A stretch of 64,000 nucleotides of DNA from Chitinivibrionales bacterium (lineage in GTDB: Bacteria; Fibrobacterota; Chitinivibrionia; Chitinivibrionales; FEN-1185). Position numbers and translations under genes: made by a program. Shown here piece by piece: positions 1-8,849 of this stretch. A model generated the notes under the pieces. The model made no database searches and was not told where the DNA came from. It was given only the letters and a program-made list of their open reading frames with translations. The stretch is from positions 25,198-89,197 of the forward strand of contig DATJAL010000047.1 in NCBI GenBank assembly GCA_035516255.1. Direction: 5' to 3'. Position 1 is the first letter of the stretch, and each line of letters opens with the position of its first letter.

Positions 1-3000
1 AAAAAATGCTGTTTTCTTCAATTACTTTCCTTTTTTGCAATCTTGCAGTTGAATGTTCCCTCTTTTGCCAACCCTAACGGCCAGGCATGGTCCTTGCTTA
101 TTGATAATAAGCCCATGGAAGCAAAGGAACTGTTTTTAAAAAACACAACAGACAAGGACAAAACCGTGCGCGGCGAGGCGTTCCGCGGGCTTTCGCACAT
201 CGCGCGTTTCCTCGGCCAGGAGGAGGACGACGCGCGTTATTATTTTCAGGCGTGCCAGAACGACAATAACGTGCTCATGTTTTCGGCGGGCGTTCTCAAC
301 ACCTACGTGTTCGGCCGTTTCGCCACGGGCAGCCAGATCAAGGAGGGCTACCGCCTGATGAGCGACCTGGTGAAAAAGCCATCGATTTTTTCCGGCGAAT
401 TCATTGATCTGCTCGCCGAGCGTTACGCGAACGACGGCGACGTCAATGCCGCGAACCGCCTGGTGGACGGCATGGGCGCGATCCGCAAGTGGATGTTCAT
501 CGGGCCGTTCGACAACATTTCGAATTCGGGTTACAACAAGGTGTATCCGCCGGAAACCGAAATCAACCTGGCAAAAGTGTATCCGGCCAAGGACGGGAAC
601 AAGGCAAAGTGGAACCCGCTTGACAACACGGCGCCCACGGGCTGGATCTTCACCGAGCACCACTGCGAATCGCGCAACGCGGTGCTATACTATTACAGCA
701 CCGTGGAGTGCGACGAGGCGCGGGAGGCCATTCTTGCGTTCGGCGCGTCGGGGTCTTTTAAAATTTTCCTCAACGGCGTGTGCGTATGCGCCGATTCGGT
801 GTACCGCAACACCGGCGCCGACGCGTTCATGCAGCGGGTGACGCTCTGCAAGGGGGCGAATTCACTTCTTGTAAAGCTCTGCCACGAATGGAGCAGCCGG
901 CTTTCCGGCGAGACAAGGCTTTCCAATTTCTTTGTGCGGTTTCTCGACAAAGGCTACTCCCCGCTTAAAAATATTTCCTATTCCACGGTCCCTGCCGCGC
1001 CGGCGCAGCAGAAAACCGTTGTCTCCCGCCTGGCGCCGTCGCCCCTGATCGACACCGTGACGGGCGCGCTCTCCGCACGGCTCGCGAAAAATCCCGGCGA
1101 CATGGACGCGGCGCTTTCGCTCATGCTCGCCTACAACGGCATGGAGAAATTCGACGAGGGCCAGGTGCTTGCCAAAAGCTTCCTCGCCAAATTCCCCAAA
1201 AGCAGCCTGTGGCACCAGCTCTACAGCGAATCGCTCACGCGCTCGAAGAAATACACCGACGGCGAAACCGAAATAAAAACGGCGTACACCCTCTGCCCGC
1301 TCAATGAAGCGGGCTGGCAAAACGAAATGCAGATCATGCAGCAGACGTCCGAGCCACGCAAGGTGCTGGACTTCATCGCCTCGTCGCCCGCGGTGTTCCG
1401 CTCGTCGCTTTCGGCGCTGGTGGCGGAGCTCTACGCCAATTACCAGCTTGAAAACAAGGCGGACGTGCTCAAGATTGTCGCCGACATTGAACAAAAATAC
1501 GCGCTCAACCAGACCGCGCTCATGGTGCTGGCCGGCGTGTACGTGCAGGACGGGCAGGTCAAAAAGGCGGAAACGCTCATCAGGGACTTTCTTGCGCACC
1601 AGCACACAAGCACGCTCATGTACAAGACGCTCGCCACACTCGCGCTCAAGCAGGGCGACATGGGGAAGGTCGCCGACATCATCCAGGAAAGCCTGAAATA
1701 TTCCCCCCACAACGCAAGCATGTATTACCTTCTCGCAAGCCTCAATTACACCGCCAAAAATTTCTCCGCGGCGCATGAGAACATCGAACGGTGCCTTGCC
1801 GTGATGCCGGCGGACGCCGACGCCTTGAACCTCAGGGGCAACATCGCGCTCTCGCTGGGCAACAAGCAGGAGGCCAAACAGGCCTTTACCGATGCGATAG
1901 ATTTCACGAGCGACGATTTCAACGCGTGGGACAACCTGCGCGGCCTCGACGGCAAACCGCCGCTCGAATCGCTTGCCCCGCTGCCGCCGGTCGACAGCCT
2001 GGTCAGGGCCAGCGAACAATGGCCCTACCGCTCGCATGAAAACGGCGCCGTTTTGTCGCGAACAAAGGATGTGTTCTATTATCCGAGCCGCTGTTCCCGC
2101 GAGCGGCACTTTCTCGTGGTGTATCTGGGCACCCAGAAGGCGATTGACGCATGGAAGGAACGCGACATCGAGTACAACAGCTATTTCCAGGTCATGCACG
2201 TCGTCCGCGCCCTGTCGTACCGGGCCAACGGTTCGCAGGTGCAGGCCGACGTCCACGAAGGGAAGGTCGTGTTCAAATCGCTGCAGCCCGGCGACTGCAT
2301 CGTGCTTGAATGGTCGCTCAAGAACTTCTACACCGGCGACATGGCCGGCCAGGTGCACGGCAGCCAGGAGTTCGACAGAAGCCACCCGGCGTTCGACACG
2401 AGGCTGCGGCTCATCATGCCGGCAAACGACACCATCCCCTATCACGTGTTCGGCGATTCCATTTTGGTAAGCACCTCCACGGCCGGCGACTACCGCGTCA
2501 CCCGTTTCTTGCGACCCGCGTATAAAAACGCGCTCGACGAGACCTTCACCGCCACAGACTGGCCGGCCAAGGAAAAAGTGAATTACTCCACCTTTTCCGG
2601 GTGGGCCGACATCGTGAAATGGTACGACGACCTCACGCGCCGTAAGCAGGACAACACGCTGGAGCTCAAGGCGCTCGCCGATTCGCTGTTCGCCGGGTGC
2701 GCAACGGAGCTTGCGAAGGTGGAGAAGGTCCACGAGTATGTCACGGGCAACATCCGCTACAGCTACGTGCCGTTCAGGCAGTCGGGCTGGATCCCCCAGG
2801 ACGCGCACGACGTTCTCGCCACGAAGATCGGCGACTGCAAGGACATGGCGTCGCTCGGCAAGAGCCTGCTTGACCGCGCGGGAATCCCGTCGTGCCTCGT
2901 GCTCGTGAACACCGAGATCCGGCATTTCGACGGCCACGCCTGCGTGGGCCCGGATTTCAACCACTGCATCCTCTGCTACACCGTCGCCGGGCAGGACCGC

Positions 3001-3780
3001 TTCCTCGACTGCACCGACAACAACCTGCCGCTTGCCACCCTGCCGCGGCAAGACCAGGGCGCGCTCGCGCTGGTCATCAGGCCCGGCACCACGGGCACCA
3101 TCCTGCTGCCGATTGACAAACCGGAAGCACGCGCGCGGAAAAGGGCCATCACGTCGGCGCTCGACGACAAGGGCACGCTCACGGAAAAGGCGGCCACGCT
3201 GCGCACCGGCGTTTTCGCCGGCTCGTTCCGCGACAGCTACCGGTTCCTCTCCGAGGAGAAACGCAACGCCACGCTGCACCAGAGCCTTGCCCAGCAGTAT
3301 CCCGACATCTCGCTCGACACGTTCTCGCTGCAGGGCCTCAACACCGTGGGCGACACGCTCACCTACAACTACGCGTGCACGGCGCGCAACACCGTGACCT
3401 TTTCCGGCAGCACCGCGATTTTCCCCCTGCGGATTTCGGACAATATCCAGCCGAACGAATATCCGGTGGAGGAAAAGCGCACCTTCCCCATCGACATGTA
3501 CTGGGCATGGTACGATATTTCGTCGTGCGAATTGTCGGGCGAGCTCACCTACCCGGCGGCGTGGCGGCCCATCAGCCTGCCCGACAATGTCTCGGCGGAT
3601 TCGCCGTTCGGCTCGTACCGCCTCGAGTTCAAGCGCAAAGGCAATACGCTGTATTATAAGCGCACCGCGGTCATGAATTTCACCACGGTCATCCCGGCCG
3701 GCGGCCACGAGCAGCTCAAGGCGTTTCTCAACAAGGTGTCGAAGGCGGACGCGATTCAATTGTTGTTTTATACAAAGTAA
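1..3780 (+). CDS. Secreted TPR / transglutaminase-like protein (architecture resembles DUF3857 - transglutaminase core - DUF3858); 5' end outside the window
   Basis: The frame is open from base 1 (KKCCFLQLLSFFAILQLNVPSFA looks like a signal peptide), so the track start at 43 is an internal TTG. Helical TPR-like repeats fill the middle third. Papain-like transglutaminase core KIGDCKDMASLGKSLLDRAGIPSCLVLV...FDGHACV...FNHCILCY. Confidence 0.75.
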   Translation, partial: KKCCFLQLLSFFAILQLNVPSFANPNGQAWSLLIDNKPMEAKELFLKNTTDKDKTVRGEAFRGLSHIARFLGQEEDDARYYFQACQNDNNVLMFSAGVLNTYVFGRFATGSQIKEGYRLMSDLVKKPSIFSGEFIDLLAERYANDGDVNAANRLVDGMGAIRKWMFIGPFDNISNSGYNKVYPPETEINLAKVYPAKDGNKAKWNPLDNTAPTGWIFTEHHCESRNAVLYYYSTVECDEAREAILAFGASGSFKIFLNGVCVCADSVYRNTGADAFMQRVTLCKGANSLLVKLCHEWSSRLSGETRLSNFFVRFLDKGYSPLKNISYSTVPAAPAQQKTVVSRLAPSPLIDTVTGALSARLAKNPGDMDAALSLMLAYNGMEKFDEGQVLAKSFLAKFPKSSLWHQLYSESLTRSKKYTDGETEIKTAYTLCPLNEAGWQNEMQIMQQTSEPRKVLDFIASSPAVFRSSLSALVAELYANYQLENKADVLKIVADIEQKYALNQTALMVLAGVYVQDGQVKKAETLIRDFLAHQHTSTLMYKTLATLALKQGDMGKVADIIQESLKYSPHNASMYYLLASLNYTAKNFSAAHENIERCLAVMPADADALNLRGNIALSLGNKQEAKQAFTDAIDFTSDDFNAWDNLRGLDGKPPLESLAPLPPVDSLVRASEQWPYRSHENGAVLSRTKDVFYYPSRCSRERHFLVVYLGTQKAIDAWKERDIEYNSYFQVMHVVRALSYRANGSQVQADVHEGKVVFKSLQPGDCIVLEWSLKNFYTGDMAGQVHGSQEFDRSHPAFDTRLRLIMPANDTIPYHVFGDSILVSTSTAGDYRVTRFLRPAYKNALDETFTATDWPAKEKVNYSTFSGWADIVKWYDDLTRRKQDNTLELKALADSLFAGCATELAKVEKVHEYVTGNIRYSYVPFRQSGWIPQDAHDVLATKIGDCKDMASLGKSLLDRAGIPSCLVLVNTEIRHFDGHACVGPDFNHCILCYTVAGQDRFLDCTDNNLPLATLPRQDQGALALVIRPGTTGTILLPIDKPEARARKRAITSALDDKGTLTEKAATLRTGVFAGSFRDSYRFLSEEKRNATLHQSLAQQYPDISLDTFSLQGLNTVGDTLTYNYACTARNTVTFSGSTAIFPLRISDNIQPNEYPVEEKRTFPIDMYWAWYDISSCELSGELTYPAAWRPISLPDNVSADSPFGSYRLEFKRKGNTLYYKRTAVMNFTTVIPAGGHEQLKAFLNKVSKADAIQLLFYTK

Positions 3781-3794
3781 AGATAATAAAGATA

Positions 3795-3920
3795 ACCACA
3801 GAGACACGGAGGCACGGAGAAAATAAAACAGTTTAAAGTTGGAAGTTGAAAGTTGAACGTATTGTCGCTTTTAACCTCCAACACTGTGCGGTATCTCCGT
3901 GCTCTTCGTGTCTCCGTGGT
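3795..3920. repeat. Family-D imperfect inverted repeat enclosing a family-E (GTTGGAAGTTGAAAGTTGAA) hairpin
   Basis: Arms ACCACAGAGACACGGAGGCACGGAGA (3795-3820) and TCTCCGTGCTCTTCGTGTCTCCGTGGT (3894-3920) are reverse complements apart from a few mismatches. Related arms lie at 12193-12300 and a half-site at 8581-8600. Confidence 0.6.
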
Positions 3921-3943
3921 GATTTTCCGAAAGAACAAACAAT

Positions 3944-6892
3944 ATGCCTCATTCCGATATTACTTCGCCGAAGCGCATCGCCGGTTTCGTCCTCGAATCG
4001 ACGACAGACATTCCCGAGCTGCGCTGCACCGCTTCGCTGTATTACCACGAAAAGACCGGCGCGCGGCTGCTCCATTTGCGCAATGACGACCCCAACAACC
4101 TGTTCTCCATCGCGTTCCGTACGCCGGTGAGCGATTCGACCGGCGTGCCGCACATCCTGGAGCACTCGGTGCTCGGCGGATCGCGCAAGTTCCCGCTCAA
4201 GGATCCGTTCCAGGAGCTCCTGAAAGGATCGCTCCAGACGTTCCTCAACGCGCTCACCTATCCCGACAAGACCGTTTACCCTGTGTCAAGCCAGGTGGAG
4301 GCGGACTTCTTCAACCTCGTGGACGTGTACTGCGACGCCGTGTTCCATCCCCTGCTCACCGAGAACACCTTTTGCCAGGAGGGATGGCACTTCGCGGCGG
4401 AAAGCGAAAACGGCCCCATCGACATCAAGGGCATCGTCTACAACGAGATGAAGGGCGTTTTTTCCGATTTCGCAAGCCACGTGGAGCGCAAGACCGTGTC
4501 GCTTCTGTTCCCGGACACGCCCTACCGGTTCGAGAGCGGCGGCGAGCCCGAGCACATCACCGGCCTCACCTACCGGCAGTTCCGCGCCTTCCATGCGCAA
4601 TATTATCATCCGTCAAACGCGTTCATCGTGCTTTACGGCAGTCTCCCTCCCGAAAAGACGCTTTCCTTTCTTGACAAAAAGTACCTTGCCGCGTTCGATA
4701 AAACCGCGCCCGACGCCGTGATCGCACCGCAGCCTTCCTGGGATGCGCCGCGGAAGGCGGTGCTCGACGCGCCCGCCCCGGAAAAAGACGACGGTTTCGC
4801 CACGGTGGCGCTCGCCTGGAAGTTCGGGCTTTCCGCCGACCCGGTCGATTCACTGGTGGGCAGAATTCTATACCAGTACCTCATGGGCACCGAAAGCGGC
4901 CCGCTCAAGCGCGCGCTCATCGACAGCGGCCTGGGCGAGGACCTCGACGACCTCTGCGGGTTTGAGACCGAGTTCGTCCACGGCATTTTTGCGGTGGGCC
5001 TGCGCAAGACCAGGCCCGAGCACGCGGACGCCATCGAATCGCTCGTGCTCGGCACGCTCAAAAAGCAGGCCGAGGCCGGCCTCGACGAGGCGCTGCTCGA
5101 GGGTGTGGTGCGCCAGACCGAATTTCGGCTCCGCGAAATCAGCGACGCGGGCCGTTTTCCCTACAACCTCATCCTCGCCGAGCGGTGCTACCGCTCCTGG
5201 CTGTACGGCGGCGACCCGCTCGCGCACCTCGCGTTTGAAAAGCCGCTGGCCGTGATCCGCGAGGCACGCGCCGGCGGCACCGGCTGGTTTGCAGGAAAAA
5301 TCCGCACCATGCTCCTTGGCAATCCGCATTATCTCCGCATCACGGTGCGGGCGTCGTCGGAAATGGGAAGACGGCTCGAGACGCAGACCAGCGAGCAGGC
5401 GCTTGCGCTCACCAAAGACTTCACGGCCGAGGACCGGCGCCGCGTGGCCGAAGCCACGGCACTCCTCGCGGCCGAACAGAAAAAGCCGCAGTCGCCCGAG
5501 GCGCTCGCCTCGCTGCCCAGGCTGCGCAAGTCCGACCTTCCGCTCAAGAACCGCGAGGTTCCCGCTCTGCGGACGCGCTGCGGCGGCGCAGAGGCGATTT
5601 TTCATCCGATCTTTACATCAGGTATCGCTTATCTCGACCTGGCGTTCGACTGCCGCCAGGTGCCCCCCGGGCTTTTGTTATACCTGCCGCTCTATTCCGA
5701 GCTTTTGCCGCGGGCAGGCGCGGCCGGCCTTTCGTATGAGGAAATGTCAAAACGGCTTTCGCTCTCGACCGGCGGCGTGAGCGGCTCCATGCTGTGCGAG
5801 ACCGCGGCCGGCACCGGGGACGACCTCGTGTTCAAACTGTTCTTGCACGCGAAGGCGCTCGAGGAGCGCGGCGATGAAATGCTCGGCATCGTACGCGACC
5901 TGCTCACGGCGCCCGACCTTTCAAACGCCAAGCAGATCCGCGACATTCTGTTTGAGGCGCGAAACGACCTCAACGCCGCGATCATCGCCAACGGCCACCT
6001 CTTCGCCGCGACGCATGCCGGCGCGCAGCTTGCCCGCTCCCGGCATGTCGACGAGCTTCTCGGCGGCGTTGCGCAACTGCGTTTCCTGGACAGGCTTGTC
6101 AAACAGGACGACCCCGCGGCGGTGGCCGAAAAAATGCTCGCATTGCACAAGCTCATCGTGAACCGGGCCGCCTGCACCGTGTCCGTCACCGCCGGCACTC
6201 CGGATGTTCTTGCGCCGGGCATCGAACGATGCATGGCCTCGCTGCCGATTGTCACGGTGTCCCCCGCGGCCATCACGCACGCCGAACAGACCGGTTACAC
6301 GGGGATCGAGATCAGCTCTTCGGTCAATTTCGTGGCAAAGGCCTGGAAGCTCGGCCCGTCCACGGCCGCCGACGCGGGCGATTTCCTTCTGCTCGCCAGG
6401 AACCTTTCGTCGGGGTATCTGTGGGACAAGGTGCGCGTCGAGGGCGGCGCCTACGGCGGCATGGCAATGGTGTCGGCCGGCCACCCGGTGTTCGAATGCG
6501 CGTCGTACCGCGACCCCAACCTTGGACGCACCCTCGAACATTTCGAGAAGGGCCTGCAGCAGGCCGCGGCGGGGCTCGCGGCCGACGCGGTCGAGCAGAG
6601 CGTCATCAGCACCATCGGCCGCATCGACGCGCCGCACACGCCGCATCAGCAGGGGTTCGGGGAGACCGTGGCGCTTCTGTGCGGCCGCACCAGGGAGTTC
6701 CGCCAGGCACTACGCGACGCCGTGCTGTCGGCCTCGCCCCAAAGCATGCAAAAAACCGCGCGGATGCTCCTTGACAATCCCTCCTTCGCGGTCACGGTGC
6801 TGGGGAGCGCCGCGGCGTTTGACAATGCGGAAAAAGAACGGGTGTTTTTCAAGCGGGAAACGCTGTTCGACGAAAGGGCCGCCGCGGTATGA
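3944..6892 (+). CDS. M16C zinc metalloprotease, presequence-protease (PreP/Cym1)-like
   Basis: Inverted zinc motif HxxEH in GVPHILEHSVLGGSRKFPLKDPF. The 982-aa length fits a four-domain M16C layout. Clean ATG start. Confidence 0.9.
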   Translation: MPHSDITSPKRIAGFVLESTTDIPELRCTASLYYHEKTGARLLHLRNDDPNNLFSIAFRTPVSDSTGVPHILEHSVLGGSRKFPLKDPFQELLKGSLQTFLNALTYPDKTVYPVSSQVEADFFNLVDVYCDAVFHPLLTENTFCQEGWHFAAESENGPIDIKGIVYNEMKGVFSDFASHVERKTVSLLFPDTPYRFESGGEPEHITGLTYRQFRAFHAQYYHPSNAFIVLYGSLPPEKTLSFLDKKYLAAFDKTAPDAVIAPQPSWDAPRKAVLDAPAPEKDDGFATVALAWKFGLSADPVDSLVGRILYQYLMGTESGPLKRALIDSGLGEDLDDLCGFETEFVHGIFAVGLRKTRPEHADAIESLVLGTLKKQAEAGLDEALLEGVVRQTEFRLREISDAGRFPYNLILAERCYRSWLYGGDPLAHLAFEKPLAVIREARAGGTGWFAGKIRTMLLGNPHYLRITVRASSEMGRRLETQTSEQALALTKDFTAEDRRRVAEATALLAAEQKKPQSPEALASLPRLRKSDLPLKNREVPALRTRCGGAEAIFHPIFTSGIAYLDLAFDCRQVPPGLLLYLPLYSELLPRAGAAGLSYEEMSKRLSLSTGGVSGSMLCETAAGTGDDLVFKLFLHAKALEERGDEMLGIVRDLLTAPDLSNAKQIRDILFEARNDLNAAIIANGHLFAATHAGAQLARSRHVDELLGGVAQLRFLDRLVKQDDPAAVAEKMLALHKLIVNRAACTVSVTAGTPDVLAPGIERCMASLPIVTVSPAAITHAEQTGYTGIEISSSVNFVAKAWKLGPSTAADAGDFLLLARNLSSGYLWDKVRVEGGAYGGMAMVSAGHPVFECASYRDPNLGRTLEHFEKGLQQAAAGLAADAVEQSVISTIGRIDAPHTPHQQGFGETVALLCGRTREFRQALRDAVLSASPQSMQKTARMLLDNPSFAVTVLGSAAAFDNAEKERVFFKRETLFDERAAAV

Positions 6893-8391
6893 AGCCCGCC
6901 GTGGCCGCGCTGTCGTCGACCTGGCGGAAATCCCCCCTCGCGGTCATCATGCTCCTCGCGATCCTCTTCCGGCTTTTCGCGTTCGTTTTTGCCAAGGGCT
7001 ACGGCATGCACGACGACCATTTCGGCGTCATCGACCTTGCCCAGCGCTGGCTTGACGGAACGGAACACCCCTACGGCCCCGGGCAGGGATGGCTGAGCCC
7101 GTTGTACCCGTGGCTGCACTTCCTGCTCTTCGGCCTGCTGCAGAAATTCGGGATCTTCGATCCCCAGGCGAAAATGTACGCGGTCAGGTTTTTCCACGCG
7201 CTCTATTCCCTGCTCACCGTCTACTTCGGGTACAAGACCGTTCTGGTCGTTTCGGACGAAAACAAGGCAAGGCTCGCCGGCCTTCTGCTGGCGATTTTAT
7301 GGCCGTTTCCATTCATGGCGGTGCGCAACCTGGTCGAATTCGTGTGCGTGCCGCCGCTGGTGATCGGAACGTATCTGCTGGTGAAGGATCAAAGCCGTGG
7401 CCGCGCTCGGGTGCTCCTGCTCTCGGGCGCATTCTATGGCCTGGCCTTCGCCATCCGGTTCCAGACCCTTTCAATGGCAGGAACAATCATCCTCGTTCTG
7501 CTTGTCAGGAAGGAAATCAAACCCGCCGCGATATTTGCCCTTGGACTGTTCCTGTCCGCGTTCTGCTTTCTGGGGGTTCCCGACTGGGCCGGCTACGGCG
7601 CGCCGTTCATTTCGTTCTGGAACTATTTCTTCTACAACAAATCCGCCGCCTATGCCTATACCACCGGGCCCGTCTACCAATATTTCGGGCTGACCCTCGG
7701 CGTTCTCATTCCGCCAACGAGCCTCCTTTTATTGTATGGGTTCTGCAGGACCTGGAAAAAACATGCGCTCATCTTTTGGCCCGCCCTTGCCTTTTTCCTC
7801 CTGCACTCGTTTTTCCCAAACAAGCAGGAACGGTTCATTCTTCCCGTTCTTCCCTTCATCGTGATGGGCTGCGTGATCGGATGGCAGGAATTCGCCGAAC
7901 GCTCGCGGTTCTGGTCCCCCGGCAGGCCGTTGATGCGGGGGTTGTGGGCGTGGTTCTGGTTTGTCAATACACTCCTGCTCCTGCTCGCCACCTTCACCTA
8001 TTCCAAAAAGTCCCGCGTGGAGACCCTCTCGTTTCTTTCCCGCGAGCCCGGCCTTCGCGCCGTGCTCATCGAGACCACCGACGCCGCCGCGCCCCAGATG
8101 CCGCTGTTCTACCTGGGCAGGAACCAGGTCCCCCTCTATTACGTCACGGCGACGGCGGGCGTGGACTCGCTGCGGCCGCAGATCGAATCGCGCGGCGGCA
8201 TCATGCCCAACCGCGTGGTGTTCCTCACCAAAAACAACCTTGACAAACGGGTCAAGCGCCTAGAGCCGCTGCTGCCCGGCCTTTCCTACGAGACCACGGT
8301 ATCGCCGAGCATCGCCGACGCGCTTTTATATTTCTTGAACCCGAAGCACAATGTGAACCAGACGAGCGTAATTTACAAAACAGGAAATTGA
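6889..8391 (+). CDS. GT-C fold membrane glycosyltransferase (Alg9/PIG-B-like, GT22-type mannosyltransferase family)
   Basis: Multi-pass membrane protein. The N-terminal FAKGYGMHDDHFGVIDLAQRW motif is typical of GT22-type enzymes. ATGA start/stop overlap with the protease gene. Confidence 0.65.
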   Translation: MKPAVAALSSTWRKSPLAVIMLLAILFRLFAFVFAKGYGMHDDHFGVIDLAQRWLDGTEHPYGPGQGWLSPLYPWLHFLLFGLLQKFGIFDPQAKMYAVRFFHALYSLLTVYFGYKTVLVVSDENKARLAGLLLAILWPFPFMAVRNLVEFVCVPPLVIGTYLLVKDQSRGRARVLLLSGAFYGLAFAIRFQTLSMAGTIILVLLVRKEIKPAAIFALGLFLSAFCFLGVPDWAGYGAPFISFWNYFFYNKSAAYAYTTGPVYQYFGLTLGVLIPPTSLLLLYGFCRTWKKHALIFWPALAFFLLHSFFPNKQERFILPVLPFIVMGCVIGWQEFAERSRFWSPGRPLMRGLWAWFWFVNTLLLLLATFTYSKKSRVETLSFLSREPGLRAVLIETTDAAAPQMPLFYLGRNQVPLYYVTATAGVDSLRPQIESRGGIMPNRVVFLTKNNLDKRVKRLEPLLPGLSYETTVSPSIADALLYFLNPKHNVNQTSVIYKTGN

Positions 8392-8440
8392 TAAACGGGG
8401 GTTGTCGATACCCCAAATCCCAAAGAATGCTACTTAAAAT

Positions 8441-8480
8441 CAGGGCACCCCGGCGCGGCATCCGGTCCTGCCTGGCGCGC
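8441..8480 (-). repeat. Truncated 5' fragment of the family-A element
   Basis: The reverse complement GCGCGCCAGGCAGGACCGGATGCCGCGCCGGGGTGCCCTG aligns to the first ~45 nt of copy d (GGCGCCAGGCAGGACTGGAGGCCGCGCCGGAGCGCGGTGCTGCC). Confidence 0.4.
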
Positions 8481-8634
8481 GGCAATCAGTCAACTACCGC
8501 ATTTGTCAACCCCTTGTCAAAATTAAACGCATCAGCAGCCAGACACCACCGAGGGCCAAGAAAGTAAAAACAAAAATTTTACCGCAGAGACACAGAGAAG
8601 GCAAAAAGATATTCCTGAAGTAACCCGTGTCGGC

Positions 8635-8724
8635 TATAATATCACCGCCGCATCCCCGCTGCACTTTTTTGCTTTACATTGGGGACGAGGCGGAAGCCGG
8701 GGGCCAGCGGGAAACTTCCCCCAC
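8635..8724 (+). repeat. X hairpin module preceded by a TATAAT box
   Basis: Sequence is GGCTATAAT-ATCACCGCCGCATCCCC...GGGGACGAGGCGGAAGCCGGGGGCCAGCGGGAAACTTCCCCCACC. It belongs to the same family as 24217-24310, 53444-53530 and 57467-57556. Confidence 0.5.
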
Positions 8725-8765
8725 CACATTATGTTCAATTATTCCATGTTAAGCAGGTATTTACA

Positions 8766-8803
8766 AATAAAAAAAACGGCGCCCGTTACCCCGAGCGCCG
8801 CCG
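8766..8803 (-). terminator. Rho-independent terminator of the DUF2723 gene
   Basis: On the minus strand, GCGGCGC-TCGGGGTAACGG-GCGCCGT is followed by a run of eight T, about 45 nt after the stop at 8850. Confidence 0.65.
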
Positions 8804-8849
8804 TCTTAATCACCCAAATCTTCTCTTGATCATCGCTTCGGCCGTGCCG

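Noticed and set aside
862-3807. A 981-aa ORF antisense to the transglutaminase-like gene. Similar long antisense or out-of-frame ORFs lie at 8679-10715, 12741-14786, 19666-20922, 29906-32209 and 55578-57086.
   Set aside because: These are shadow ORFs typical of GC-rich coding DNA. Their translations are Arg/Ala/Gly/Pro-rich low-complexity strings without motifs. The opposite strand in each case encodes a protein with clear family signatures.
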